DNA from: Clostridia bacterium
GTDB taxonomy: Bacteria > Bacillota > Clostridia > TANB77 > CAG-508
Direction of reading: 5' to 3'
DNA length: 64,000 nucleotides
Assembly (NCBI GenBank): GCA_029258515.1
Contig: JARHYK010000002.1
Location: 167,216 to 231,215 of the forward strand
Of the stretch, positions 20,787 to 30,733 are shown in pieces. A model generated the notes under the pieces. The model worked only from the letters and a program-made list of their open reading frames with translations, searched no databases and was not told where the DNA came from. Position numbers and translations under genes: made by a program. Within the stretch, counting starts at the first letter, position 1. Each line of letters begins with the position of its first letter.

Positions 20787-23342
20787 GTGAACGTTCTTAA
20801 CAAATTATCAATAAAAAATTTAAAATTGAATAAAAAAAGATCTATTAGTACAATTGTAGGAATTATTTTATCAGTAGCATTAATTTGTGCTGTAGCAACA
20901 ATGTGTATAAGTCTTAAAGAAACACTAGTACAAAACACAATAGCTAGGTCAGGGTATTGGCATTTAAAACTAGAGAATGTCAGTAATGAAGATATTTTAA
21001 CATTGAAAAATAATAGAGATATAAAAGATATTTATGAAACAAGCGAAATAGGGTATAGTAAGTTAGCTGAAATCAAAAATGAAGATAAGCCATATTTAAA
21101 AGTATATTCAATGGATGAAAATGTATTTAACAACCTTAAATTTCACTTAGTAGAAGGAAGATTTCCTAAAAATGAAAATGAAATAATAATAAGTTCTCAT
21201 TTGAAAAGTAATGGAGAAGTGGATAAAAAAATAGGAGATAAAATTAAGTTAAATATAGGAAAGAGAATGACATTAGATAATTGTAAATTATATTCAAGCA
21301 ATTCATATATTAAAGATAATGAGAAAATAGATGATGCAAAAGAATTTGAATTTACAATTGTTGGAATAATAGAAAGACCAAATTATGATTTTGAAAAACA
21401 TGGAGAAGCAGCATATACAGCAATTACTACTAATATAGAAAAAGATAAAAATAATATTTATATATCACTAAAAAATCCTAAAGAATATAAAACATCAATA
21501 GCTCAAATATTGGGAATAAAAGATTATTCTGAAATAGAAAAAAATTTAACAAAATTAAAATATGAAAATTTTGAAGAAAATAGTGAATTATTAAGATGGG
21601 AAGTTTTATCAGTTAGTCAAACAAGTATGAATATGATTAATTCTGTTGTAGGAGTTGTAATTTTGATAATAATATTTACAAGTGTATTTTGTATAAGAAA
21701 TTCTTTTGCAATATCTACCACAGAAAAAGTGAAAATGTATGGTATGCTTGCAAGTGTAGGAACAACAAAAAAACAAATAAGAAAAAATGTAATATTTGAA
21801 GCTTTTGCTTTAGGATTAATAGGAATACCAGTAGGAATAGTAGCTGGAATATTTGCAGTATTTATATTAATAAAAATAATAAATGTTTTGGTTGGAAATT
21901 TTTTATTTTATGATGGAGCAGGAATGGTATTTAAGACTTCCATTTTTCCTATTGTTATATCAGTATTTTTAGGAATAATAACTATATATTTATCTGCAAT
22001 AGCGTCAGCTAAGAGAGCTAGTAAAGTAACACCAATAGAAAGTCTAAGAAGTTCTAATGAAATAAAAATACAAAGTAAAAAATTAAAAACACCTAAAATT
22101 ATTAAGAAAATATTTGGAATGGGTGGAGTAATAGCATATAAGAATTTAAAAAGAAGTAAGAAAAAATATAGAACAACGGTAATATCACTAGCAGTAAGTA
22201 TTTGTATATTCATAACAATGAATGCTTTTTTGACAAATATGTTTGGAATGACGGAAAGGTATTATAAAGATTATGAATATAATATAAGAATAATGTCTAG
22301 AGATACTATTTCAGAAGAAGAATATAGAGAAATATCAAAATTAGAAAATATTGAGGAAAAATTTACAATTTATAATATGCCACAAATTAGTTCAATAGAA
22401 ATAACAGATATGTCTAAAGTTAATGTAACAAAAAAAGATGATTCAATAAATGGTAAAAATGGGGTAAGTGATACTGCAGAAAAATATTATTTAAATGTTG
22501 TAGCGTTTGATAGTAAAACATTTGAAAAATATGCTAAAAAACTTGGTATGAATTTAGATAAGACAAAAAAACAAGGTATATTATATGATGTAGATATGGA
22601 ATTTGATGAAAATGGCAAAGAAAAAGAAATTAGAACATGTAAATATAACAAGGGTGATATAATCGAAGGAAAATTATATCATAATAAAAAAGATGTAAAT
22701 ATTAAAATTGCAGAAGTAACCAATAAAGCTCCTTATGGGTTTGAAAATAGTTATTCTAATTCAGGATATTTGTTTTTAAATGTTGATGATTTTAAAGAAT
22801 TTGATTTTGAAATAACTGGAATTTTAATTCAATCTAATAATGCAAGTCAGTTTGAAGAAGATTTTTTGAAAGGACATAAAAAGTTAACTTGTGACAATCG
22901 TGATAGAATGATGAAAGAAGAAAAATCGATGAATTTAGTAATATCTATCTTTTTATATGGATTTATCACAGTAATTACTTTAATAGGAGTAACAAATATA
23001 TTTAATACAATTACATCAAATATAGAATTAAGACAAAAAGAATTTGCTATGCTTAAAAGTATTGGAATGACTAAAAAAGAATTCAATAAAATGGTGAATT
23101 TAGAAACCATTTTTTATAGTATAAAATCTTTAATTTATGGAATTATTTTAGGACTATTAGGAACATTTGCATTGTATAAATCTTTTTCAGTAAAAATAGA
23201 TAGTGGAATGTATATACCAATAAAACCAATTATAATTTCAATAGTTGCGGTATTTATTTTAGTATTTATAATAATGAAATATTCTGTAAATAAGATTAAT
23301 AAACAAAATACTATAGAGACTATTAGAAAAGAAAATATATAG
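20787..23342 (+). CDS. ABC transporter permease with two FtsX domains (BceB-like)
   Basis: About 850 aa with a ten-TM FtsX-type architecture. A GTG start 9 nt after the AAGGAGG that overlaps the ATPase stop. Confidence 0.8.
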   Translation: MNVLNKLSIKNLKLNKKRSISTIVGIILSVALICAVATMCISLKETLVQNTIARSGYWHLKLENVSNEDILTLKNNRDIKDIYETSEIGYSKLAEIKNEDKPYLKVYSMDENVFNNLKFHLVEGRFPKNENEIIISSHLKSNGEVDKKIGDKIKLNIGKRMTLDNCKLYSSNSYIKDNEKIDDAKEFEFTIVGIIERPNYDFEKHGEAAYTAITTNIEKDKNNIYISLKNPKEYKTSIAQILGIKDYSEIEKNLTKLKYENFEENSELLRWEVLSVSQTSMNMINSVVGVVILIIIFTSVFCIRNSFAISTTEKVKMYGMLASVGTTKKQIRKNVIFEAFALGLIGIPVGIVAGIFAVFILIKIINVLVGNFLFYDGAGMVFKTSIFPIVISVFLGIITIYLSAIASAKRASKVTPIESLRSSNEIKIQSKKLKTPKIIKKIFGMGGVIAYKNLKRSKKKYRTTVISLAVSICIFITMNAFLTNMFGMTERYYKDYEYNIRIMSRDTISEEEYREISKLENIEEKFTIYNMPQISSIEITDMSKVNVTKKDDSINGKNGVSDTAEKYYLNVVAFDSKTFEKYAKKLGMNLDKTKKQGILYDVDMEFDENGKEKEIRTCKYNKGDIIEGKLYHNKKDVNIKIAEVTNKAPYGFENSYSNSGYLFLNVDDFKEFDFEITGILIQSNNASQFEEDFLKGHKKLTCDNRDRMMKEEKSMNLVISIFLYGFITVITLIGVTNIFNTITSNIELRQKEFAMLKSIGMTKKEFNKMVNLETIFYSIKSLIYGIILGLLGTFALYKSFSVKIDSGMYIPIKPIIISIVAVFILVFIIMKYSVNKINKQNTIETIRKENI

Positions 23343-23473
23343 TAAAAATAGAACACATCTATAAAATTTATTAATAGATGTGTTTTTTAAAATGTTAACT
23401 ATATTGGTATTGAGTAGTATTTTAAAAAATGCTATAATAATATATGATAGAAATTTGAAAGGAAAATTCAAAA

Positions 23474-24133
23474 ATGAAAATTTTATTAATTGAAGATGAT
23501 GTAACAATTTATAAAGGGCTTAAATATTTACTAGAACAAAATAAATTTGAATTAATATATATAAATAGAGGAAAAGAAATAGAAAAATATATAGTAGAAA
23601 GTGGCATTGATTTAATTATTTTAGATATAACACTTCCAGATTGTAATGGATTTGATTTGTATAAAAATGAAATTAAAAAGTTTGATATACCCACAATATT
23701 TTTAACTGCTAAGGATGAAGAAGATGATATTGTTAAAGGATTAGAACTGGGGGCAGAAGAATATATAACAAAACCTTTTTTAAATAAAGAATTATTAGCT
23801 AGAATTAATAAAATTATTAGAAGGCAAAAGAAAAATACTATTATAACTGTTAAAAATATAAAATTTGATATAGATAAAATGGTAGTATATAGAGAAAATG
23901 AGCTTTTAAATTTAACAAGTTTGGAAATAAAAATATTATATTTATTATTTAGTAATATAAATAAAGTTGTAACAAGAGATAGTATCATAGAAAAAATATG
24001 GGAATGGACAGGAAATGATGTAAATGATAACACAGTAACTGTATATCTTAAAAGAATTAGAAAAAAGTTACAAACTGATATTATATTAACAATAAAAGGA
24101 ATAGGATATAGGATTGATAAAGATGAAAAATAA
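23474..24133 (+). CDS. OmpR-family response regulator
   Basis: Receiver domain (LIEDD...DLIILDITLPD) plus a winged-helix C-terminus. Confidence 0.85.
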   Translation: MKILLIEDDVTIYKGLKYLLEQNKFELIYINRGKEIEKYIVESGIDLIILDITLPDCNGFDLYKNEIKKFDIPTIFLTAKDEEDDIVKGLELGAEEYITKPFLNKELLARINKIIRRQKKNTIITVKNIKFDIDKMVVYRENELLNLTSLEIKILYLLFSNINKVVTRDSIIEKIWEWTGNDVNDNTVTVYLKRIRKKLQTDIILTIKGIGYRIDKDEK

Positions 24134-25340
24134 AATAGAATTAAAAAAATATGTGTATATAAGTGTGTTAACAATAATAGTAACTAGTTTTGTATTTGTA
24201 GTGATGAGTTATTTTCAGTACAAGATATATACAAATAATTTTAACAAGAAAATAGAAATGATTACACAAAAAGTTTTAAATGAGTATCCTAATATTAATA
24301 AGAATGAATTAGTTAAGCTTTTGAATTCAACTAATTTAGAAGATATAAATCTATTTAGAGAATATGGAATAGATTTAGAAAAAGATTCTATAATTCTTGA
24401 AAATGATAGATATTCAAAAAAATTTTTAATATCTAATATATCTATAATACTAGTAGGATTTATACTAATCATTGCAAATTTTCTTATATATAATAAGAAA
24501 AAAGATGATGAAATAGAAGAAATTACAAGATATATAGAGGAAATAAATAAAAGAAATTATAAATTAAATATTGATGATAATACAGAAGATGAATTATCAA
24601 TATTAAAAAATGAATTATATAAGATAACAGTTATGTTAAAAGAACAAGCAGAAAATTCTAAAGAAGATAAAATAAAGTTAAAAGATTCTTTATCAGATAT
24701 ATCACACCAATTAAAAACCCCTTTAACATCAATTTTGATTATGTTAGATAATATTATAGATAATCCAGATATGCAAAAGGAAATCAAAGAAGATTTTATA
24801 AGAGACATAAAAAGAAAAATATTAAATATTAATTTTTTGGTACAAGCATTATTAAAATTATCAAAATTTGATACAAATACAATTATTTTTATAGATAAAA
24901 AAGTTCAAGTAAAAGAAATTTTAAAAAATGCAATTAACAATATTTCAGTATTAATTGATTTGAAAGATGTTAATATTGAAATGAGTGGAGATATGGAAAA
25001 ATCAATATATTGTGATTTTAAATGGCAAGTTGAAGCTATAACTAATATTTTAAAAAATGCTGTTGAATATTCTAATATTGGAGATAAGATTAATATTAAT
25101 TTCACTCATAATAAACTTTTTTCAGAAATAATAATAAAGGATAGTGGAAAGGGAATTAGTAGGGAAGACTTAAGTCATATTTTTGAAAGGTTTTATAAAG
25201 GTAAAAATTCTTCAAATGACAGTATAGGTATAGGTCTTGCTCTTGCAAAGGCTATAATAGAAAAAGACAATGGACAAGTTTTAGTTGAGTCAGAAATAAA
25301 TAAAGGTACAACGTTTATTATAAAATATTTTAATAATTAA
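24123..25340 (+). CDS. sensor histidine kinase
   Basis: Two N-terminal TM segments. H-box DISHQLKTPLTS. HATPase motifs GIGLALAK. Confidence 0.8.
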   Translation: MKNKIELKKYVYISVLTIIVTSFVFVVMSYFQYKIYTNNFNKKIEMITQKVLNEYPNINKNELVKLLNSTNLEDINLFREYGIDLEKDSIILENDRYSKKFLISNISIILVGFILIIANFLIYNKKKDDEIEEITRYIEEINKRNYKLNIDDNTEDELSILKNELYKITVMLKEQAENSKEDKIKLKDSLSDISHQLKTPLTSILIMLDNIIDNPDMQKEIKEDFIRDIKRKILNINFLVQALLKLSKFDTNTIIFIDKKVQVKEILKNAINNISVLIDLKDVNIEMSGDMEKSIYCDFKWQVEAITNILKNAVEYSNIGDKININFTHNKLFSEIIIKDSGKGISREDLSHIFERFYKGKNSSNDSIGIGLALAKAIIEKDNGQVLVESEINKGTTFIIKYFNN

Positions 25341-25436
25341 TTAGCAAAAATTTAGCTAAAAAATTTTAATGTTATTAAATAAAAATTATTGTTATATATT
25401 TTTTGGTATGCTATATAATTAGCATAGGGGTGGATT

Positions 25437-25895
25437 ATGAATAATTTAAAAATTTATTTAAAATCAATATTGATACCAGTTATATTAGGAGGCATTGTAG
25501 GTTTTGTTATATACAAGAATATAGGTTATGATAATTTAGTAAAGCCAAACTTTGCACCACCTGGTAATATATTTCCTATTATATGGACAATATTATATAT
25601 TTTAATGGGAACATCATATGGAATATTGGAAAGTAATCAATTAATAGATAAGAAAATAGATGTATTATATTATACACAATTAATAGTAAATATGTTATGG
25701 CCTGTATTTTTCTTTACTTTTGAATTGAGGCTAATTGCTTTTATAATAATAATTATACTTACTATATTAATAGTTGTTATGATAGTAGAATTTTACAAAA
25801 AAAATAAAATAGCAGGTTTATTACAAATACCTTATTTAATATGGGTAGTTTTTGCAGGATTTTTGAATATAGGTATATATTTGCTTAATAAATAA
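25437..25895 (+). CDS. tspO: TspO/MBR family tryptophan-rich sensory protein
   Basis: 152 aa five-TM protein with the conserved W/P-rich TspO motifs (PPGNIFPIIWTILY). Confidence 0.75.
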   Translation: MNNLKIYLKSILIPVILGGIVGFVIYKNIGYDNLVKPNFAPPGNIFPIIWTILYILMGTSYGILESNQLIDKKIDVLYYTQLIVNMLWPVFFFTFELRLIAFIIIIILTILIVVMIVEFYKKNKIAGLLQIPYLIWVVFAGFLNIGIYLLNK

Positions 25896-25904
25896 TTATA
25901 AAAA

Positions 25905-25942
25905 AGGATACTAATTTAAATTTTAAATTAGTATTCTTTTAT
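25905..25942. terminator. rho-independent terminator after tspO
   Basis: Inverted repeat GATACTAATTTAAA/TTTAAATTAGTATTC followed by a T-run. Confidence 0.5.
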
Positions 25943-26092
25943 TATATAAAATATAAAAGGAAGATAAGGGGAATTTTAAAAAAATCTCATAGAGAACAAA
26001 TAATTAGTTGTTCTTTATGAGATTAATTAAAGGCTGTTGCTATTAAATTTAATAGTAATTTTTTGAATGTTTTTATTTTTATTTGAGTTTTT

Positions 26093-26899
26093 TTAGAAAT
26101 ACTTGTCAAGTTCTTGAATAATTTTTGCAATGAGACAAAAAGATTTTAGATATGTAGGTACATTGATTACAATCCGTTTCTTGTTGTAGTTGATTTTAAA
26201 ATTAGCTGGAATCTTAGTAGATTTTAAGATTTGTGAAAGTGTTGTAGAAATCTTATTCAAATTGCTAATGTTTTCCAACAAAAATGATATTTTATATGTA
26301 TTTTCAACTAATTTAACAGAAAATACTTTTTTATAAGGGATTTGCTGATTGGCAATTTCTCGTACTTTTAGAGCTAATATTGACTCTTTTCTTGATATAT
26401 TACTTTGAGAAACACCTATTTTCTTTGCAATATCCTTTTGAGATAAGTTTCCTATTTTATAAAGCATTATAATTCTATCTTTTTCTTTTAGGCAGTTTAG
26501 AACAATACTAATTAACTCAATAAAATCTTCTTTAGCTAGTATTTTTTCGATAAAATTAGAATTAGGATCTTCAATGATGTTACTTAAAACAAATTCATCA
26601 CTATTTGTATTGGCTGTGATGGGCTCATCAATAGAAATATTTCTTGCATATTTGTTATTTTTCCGGCAGTACATAAAAAATTCGTTGTTTATGCATTTTG
26701 TGGCATATGTTGAAAAAGCAATTCTTTTTGATGCATTAAAAGTAATAGCAGCTTTTACTAATCCAAGTGTACCTATAGAAATAAATTCTTCATATTCTGA
26801 AGAATTTTTAGTTATGCCAAATTTATCTACTAGATAATAAACTAATTTCAGATTTTCTAAAACCAAATATTCTTTTTCATTGTTAAGCTTTGTATTCAT
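26093..26899 (-). CDS. sporulation-type (SigE/SigK-like) sigma-70 family factor with an unexplained ~75 aa C-terminal extension
   Basis: Region 2 (ISIGTLGLVKAAITFNASKRIAFSTYATKCINNEFFMYCRKNNKY) and region 4 (LSQKDIAKKIGVSQSNISRKESI) align with SigE/SigK. About 75 additional residues follow the HTH. The start was set to the ATG of MNTK. The ORF-track TTG start at 26968 would add a hydrophobic, pro-sequence-like segment. Confidence 0.7.
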   Translation of the reverse strand: MNTKLNNEKEYLVLENLKLVYYLVDKFGITKNSSEYEEFISIGTLGLVKAAITFNASKRIAFSTYATKCINNEFFMYCRKNNKYARNISIDEPITANTNSDEFVLSNIIEDPNSNFIEKILAKEDFIELISIVLNCLKEKDRIIMLYKIGNLSQKDIAKKIGVSQSNISRKESILALKVREIANQQIPYKKVFSVKLVENTYKISFLLENISNLNKISTTLSQILKSTKIPANFKINYNKKRIVINVPTYLKSFCLIAKIIQELDKYF

Positions 26900-27214
26900 A
26901 GTAGTAAGTCCTTTCTTTAATAATGTTGATAAAAACAAAAATAAAAATTTAATACCTCCTTTTTGCAATATTAGACAAATTGTCTATATAAGTAGTTTAC
27001 CATAAATTTCCATAAAATGCAAAAATGTTATTTTTTTTTATTTTGTAATAATAATCTAGGAAATAATTTTTTTGTTAGTAATCTTATATTATATTAATTT
27101 TATTTATTATATCGTTTATTATTATTTTTATATATCAAAACTATTGACAAAAGAATAAAAAAAATATATATTTGTACTAGCACAGATAGTACAAATAAAA
27201 ATAGGAGGTAAGTT

Positions 27215-28114
27215 ATGATAGAAATTAGAGGTTTGACAAAGTCATATGGCAAGAAAAAAGTATTAGATAAGTTAAATTGTAACATTAAAACAGGTTCGAT
27301 ATATGGCTTAATAGGTGCAAATGGTGCAGGAAAATCAACATTACTAAGAATTATTAATGATATTTTTAAAAAAGATGAAGGAAATATCTTAATAGATGGA
27401 AAAGAGGTAGAACATAATCAAGAATTAAAGCAAAAGTTAGTTTTTGTACCAGATGATTTATATTTTTTTCCTTCATATACACTAAAAGATATGGCAAAAT
27501 TTTATCAAGGCATGTATAAAAAATTTGATATGAAATACTTAGAAGAATTAGCTGGAATTTTAAAATTAAACTTAAATGAGAAAATTCAAAATTTTTCAAA
27601 AGGAATGAAAAGACAATGTAGTTTAATATGTGCAATTGCAACAAATGCTGATTATATGTTTTTTGATGAAACATTTGATGGTTTGGATCCAGTAGTAAGA
27701 AATTTAATGAAAAGAATTTTAGCAAAACAAATGGAAAGTAAAGATACTACAATAATTATGACAAGCCATAATTTACGAGAATTAGAGGATATATGTGATA
27801 ATTTAGGACTTTTATATAAAGGTGGTATTTTATTTGAAAGTGAAGTAGATGATTTAAAAACAAATATTTTTAAAGTACAAATTTCATTAAGAGAAGATTT
27901 TTCGGAAAAGGATTTTGAAAAATTAAATATTCTAAATTTCAAAAAAACAGGAAGTGTTGCAACAATGATAGTAAAAGGAGAAAAAGAAGAATATGAAGAG
28001 TATTTGAAAAATAAAAATCCACTAATATTAGACTTTTTAACATTAACACTAGAAGAAATATTTATTTATGAAATGGAGGTATTAGGTTATGAATTTAATG
28101 AAGTTATTCAATAA
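27215..28114 (+). CDS. ABC transporter ATP-binding protein
   Basis: Walker A motif GANGAGKST, signature FSKGMKRQ and Walker B motif FFDETFDGLD. GGAGG RBS present. Confidence 0.85.
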   Translation: MIEIRGLTKSYGKKKVLDKLNCNIKTGSIYGLIGANGAGKSTLLRIINDIFKKDEGNILIDGKEVEHNQELKQKLVFVPDDLYFFPSYTLKDMAKFYQGMYKKFDMKYLEELAGILKLNLNEKIQNFSKGMKRQCSLICAIATNADYMFFDETFDGLDPVVRNLMKRILAKQMESKDTTIIMTSHNLRELEDICDNLGLLYKGGILFESEVDDLKTNIFKVQISLREDFSEKDFEKLNILNFKKTGSVATMIVKGEKEEYEEYLKNKNPLILDFLTLTLEEIFIYEMEVLGYEFNEVIQ

Positions 28115-30011
28115 AAATTACTTGAAGCAAAACTTGAAAAAATCTAGAACAGGACTAGGAATTACAATATTGATAGTTCCACTTTTAACAGTATTAGTTA
28201 TGATAAATAATAGTTCTGGATTTCGATCATCTGTAATTATTTCTAATATTATAAGTATGCTAGGAATGTTTACAATACCAATTGCAATATCAAAAATGTT
28301 ATTTGGATATGTTTTTAAAAGGAAAAGTGTAGATTTTATAGGCTCAATGCCATTGAGTAGAAAAACAATATTTGTAACTAATTTAATTGGTGGAATTTTA
28401 GTAATAGTATTTATTCAATTACTAACTAGTATATCAATTGGAATCACATCACTATTTTTAGATAATATTATAATAAATATGAAAATGTTAATAGACTTTT
28501 TTGTTTTAGGGGTTATATCATATACATTTGTATATACAGCAACAAATATAGGAATGGCTATTTCTGGGAATTTATTGACACAAATTGCAGTAACTATGCT
28601 AATATTATTTTTAATACCATTTACCATAGATGCAGTTAATGGTTTTGATTTTTATAATCAAGTAGAATTTGTAAAAGAAGATGGTCAAAATATAGAAATT
28701 GGACTAAAAGATTATCAAAATTATACAATGCCATATAATTTTGTAAGAAACTTTTTTATAAATGAGAGTTTGGCATATACTACAAGTAGTATAGTTAGAA
28801 TGTTGATTTTAATAGCTATATATTCAGTTATAGGAATTATATTATTCCAAAAAAGAAAAATGGAAAACACAGAAGAGGCATTTTCAAATGTTTATGTTCA
28901 TTTATTGGTAAAAGGATTAACATTGATACCAATAGTAGCAATAGTAACATTAACTAATATGTCAGTTAATGGGCTATCATTAGTAATAGCTATTATGTTT
29001 ATATATTATTATATCTATGATATGATAACAAAAAGAAAAGTTAAGTTAAGAATAGAAATAGTAGCATTTATTTTAACAACAGTTGTACTATTTGGAACAT
29101 TTAATTTTACAAAAAGCATGAATAATAAAAAAATAAAAATATATACAAAAGAAGATATTAAAAGTATAGGAATTATCGAAAATAGTATTTATTACAGTAG
29201 TTATGAGAATAATATAAAAGATTTAGAAGAAATAAATTATCAATTTGAAAATCAAGATATTATTGATGAATTTTATAAAGGAATGAAAAATTTTTCATAT
29301 ATTTCGCCTGTTGAACTATATGGGAAAATAAAATTAAAAAATGGAAAAGAAGTATTTTCAAAATTCCCAATGAATATTGAAAATTTTGAAAAAATACAAA
29401 AAATGATTAAAGAAGATAAAAAATATTTAGAAGCAAAGAAAAGAGATTTAGAAATAAAAAATAACAATGAGTATATAATGGTTTTAAATAATAGTAAAAT
29501 AAATGGAGAAGATAAAGAAAAATTGGTTAAGCTAATAAATAAGGTGGTAAGTAAACAAAATAGTTTAATAGAACATAGTATGATAAGTGGAAATTCAATA
29601 GATTGTTATTATTATGAAAATCATGATTTAAAGAAAATAAAAATACCTTTAAGTTTAGATGATGAATTAAAAAGTTTTGCAATGAATCTAACAAACAAAC
29701 TAACTAAAGAAAAGTTAAAAAACATTAATTTAGATGAAAAAGGATTATATACATCATGTACTATTAAAGAGTTAGAAACAGAACCGAAAGATGATTATGT
29801 AAGAAGAAGAAGCAAAGAAATGATTGAATTTGTAAAAAATGCAGGAGAAAATGTTGATATAACTAGACCAATATATTCAATAAGCTTATATTTTAGCAAA
29901 GTGATAGATGGAACTATAACTTTTTATACTAATGATATAAAAGAAGTAGATAGATTAATAGATTCAGGAAAAGATATAATAAATATACCAGATACATATT
30001 TAAAATATTAA
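28089..30011 (+). CDS. ABC-2-type permease with a large (~300 aa) C-terminal soluble domain
   Basis: About six predicted TM helices in the first 330 aa, then a hydrophilic Lys/Glu/Asn-rich domain. Translationally coupled to the ATPase (overlap). Confidence 0.55.
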   Translation: MNLMKLFNKNYLKQNLKKSRTGLGITILIVPLLTVLVMINNSSGFRSSVIISNIISMLGMFTIPIAISKMLFGYVFKRKSVDFIGSMPLSRKTIFVTNLIGGILVIVFIQLLTSISIGITSLFLDNIIINMKMLIDFFVLGVISYTFVYTATNIGMAISGNLLTQIAVTMLILFLIPFTIDAVNGFDFYNQVEFVKEDGQNIEIGLKDYQNYTMPYNFVRNFFINESLAYTTSSIVRMLILIAIYSVIGIILFQKRKMENTEEAFSNVYVHLLVKGLTLIPIVAIVTLTNMSVNGLSLVIAIMFIYYYIYDMITKRKVKLRIEIVAFILTTVVLFGTFNFTKSMNNKKIKIYTKEDIKSIGIIENSIYYSSYENNIKDLEEINYQFENQDIIDEFYKGMKNFSYISPVELYGKIKLKNGKEVFSKFPMNIENFEKIQKMIKEDKKYLEAKKRDLEIKNNNEYIMVLNNSKINGEDKEKLVKLINKVVSKQNSLIEHSMISGNSIDCYYYENHDLKKIKIPLSLDDELKSFAMNLTNKLTKEKLKNINLDEKGLYTSCTIKELETEPKDDYVRRRSKEMIEFVKNAGENVDITRPIYSISLYFSKVIDGTITFYTNDIKEVDRLIDSGKDIINIPDTYLKY

Positions 30012-30026
30012 AAAGGAGTTGATAGT

Positions 30027-30377
30027 ATGATTATTTTAGACTATAAAAGTAGAACTCCAATTTATAAACAAATAATAGAACAAATTGAAAAGTATGTAGC
30101 AGTAGGAATATTAAAGCCAGATGAACAAATACCAGCAGTTAGGGAACTTGCAACTAGTTTAGGGATTAATCCAAACACTGTAAAAAAAGCATATACAGAA
30201 TTAGAAAGAAAGGGAGTTACTAAAACATTATCTACAAAAGGAACATTTATTTCTAATAATACTGAAAAGGTTGTAGAACAAAAAATTGAAGAAAAAATAA
30301 AAAAGATAAAAGATTTAGTGGAAGAAATAGAGCAGTTAGGAATAAAGAAAGAAGAAATAATTAAAAAAATTAGCTGA
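30027..30377 (+). CDS. GntR-family (YtrA-like) transcriptional regulator
   Basis: 116 aa winged HTH (IPAVRELATSLGINPNTVKKAYTELERKG), short form without an effector domain. Confidence 0.75.
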   Translation: MIILDYKSRTPIYKQIIEQIEKYVAVGILKPDEQIPAVRELATSLGINPNTVKKAYTELERKGVTKTLSTKGTFISNNTEKVVEQKIEEKIKKIKDLVEEIEQLGIKKEEIIKKIS

Positions 30378-30733
30378 ACATAAAAAGATGATATATATTT
30401 TATATTGAATCAAAAAACAAGGTCGATTAGTTTAGGAATAAATGTTGTATTGAACAATGTTTATTCCTTTTAATTTGAAAAAATTATTAAATTTTCAATT
30501 TTAAGAATTGGATTACGTACAAAAGATTGCTTTTGTATTAAAAGTTAAAAATCAAATTTTAATTAATTTACACAAGAGAACTATTGAAAATTAAAAGTTA
30601 TAAATATGGATATAAGTGCACATAATGTTGATGGAAATCTGAAAAATAAAAAATTAGTTAAAATTGTTGTGTTAAAGTTAAAAATATTGTAAAATACGTT
30701 TATAAGGATAGAAAGCTAAGGAGGAATTTTAAA

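Noticed and set aside
26930-26968. Perfect AAAGGAGG inside the 5' extension of the sigma-factor ORF
   Set aside because: No ATG/GTG/TTG start at 5-10 nt downstream in the sigma frame (the nearest in-frame TTG is 16 nt away). It is treated as coincidental or part of the 5' UTR. The CDS start was placed at the ATG of MNTK.
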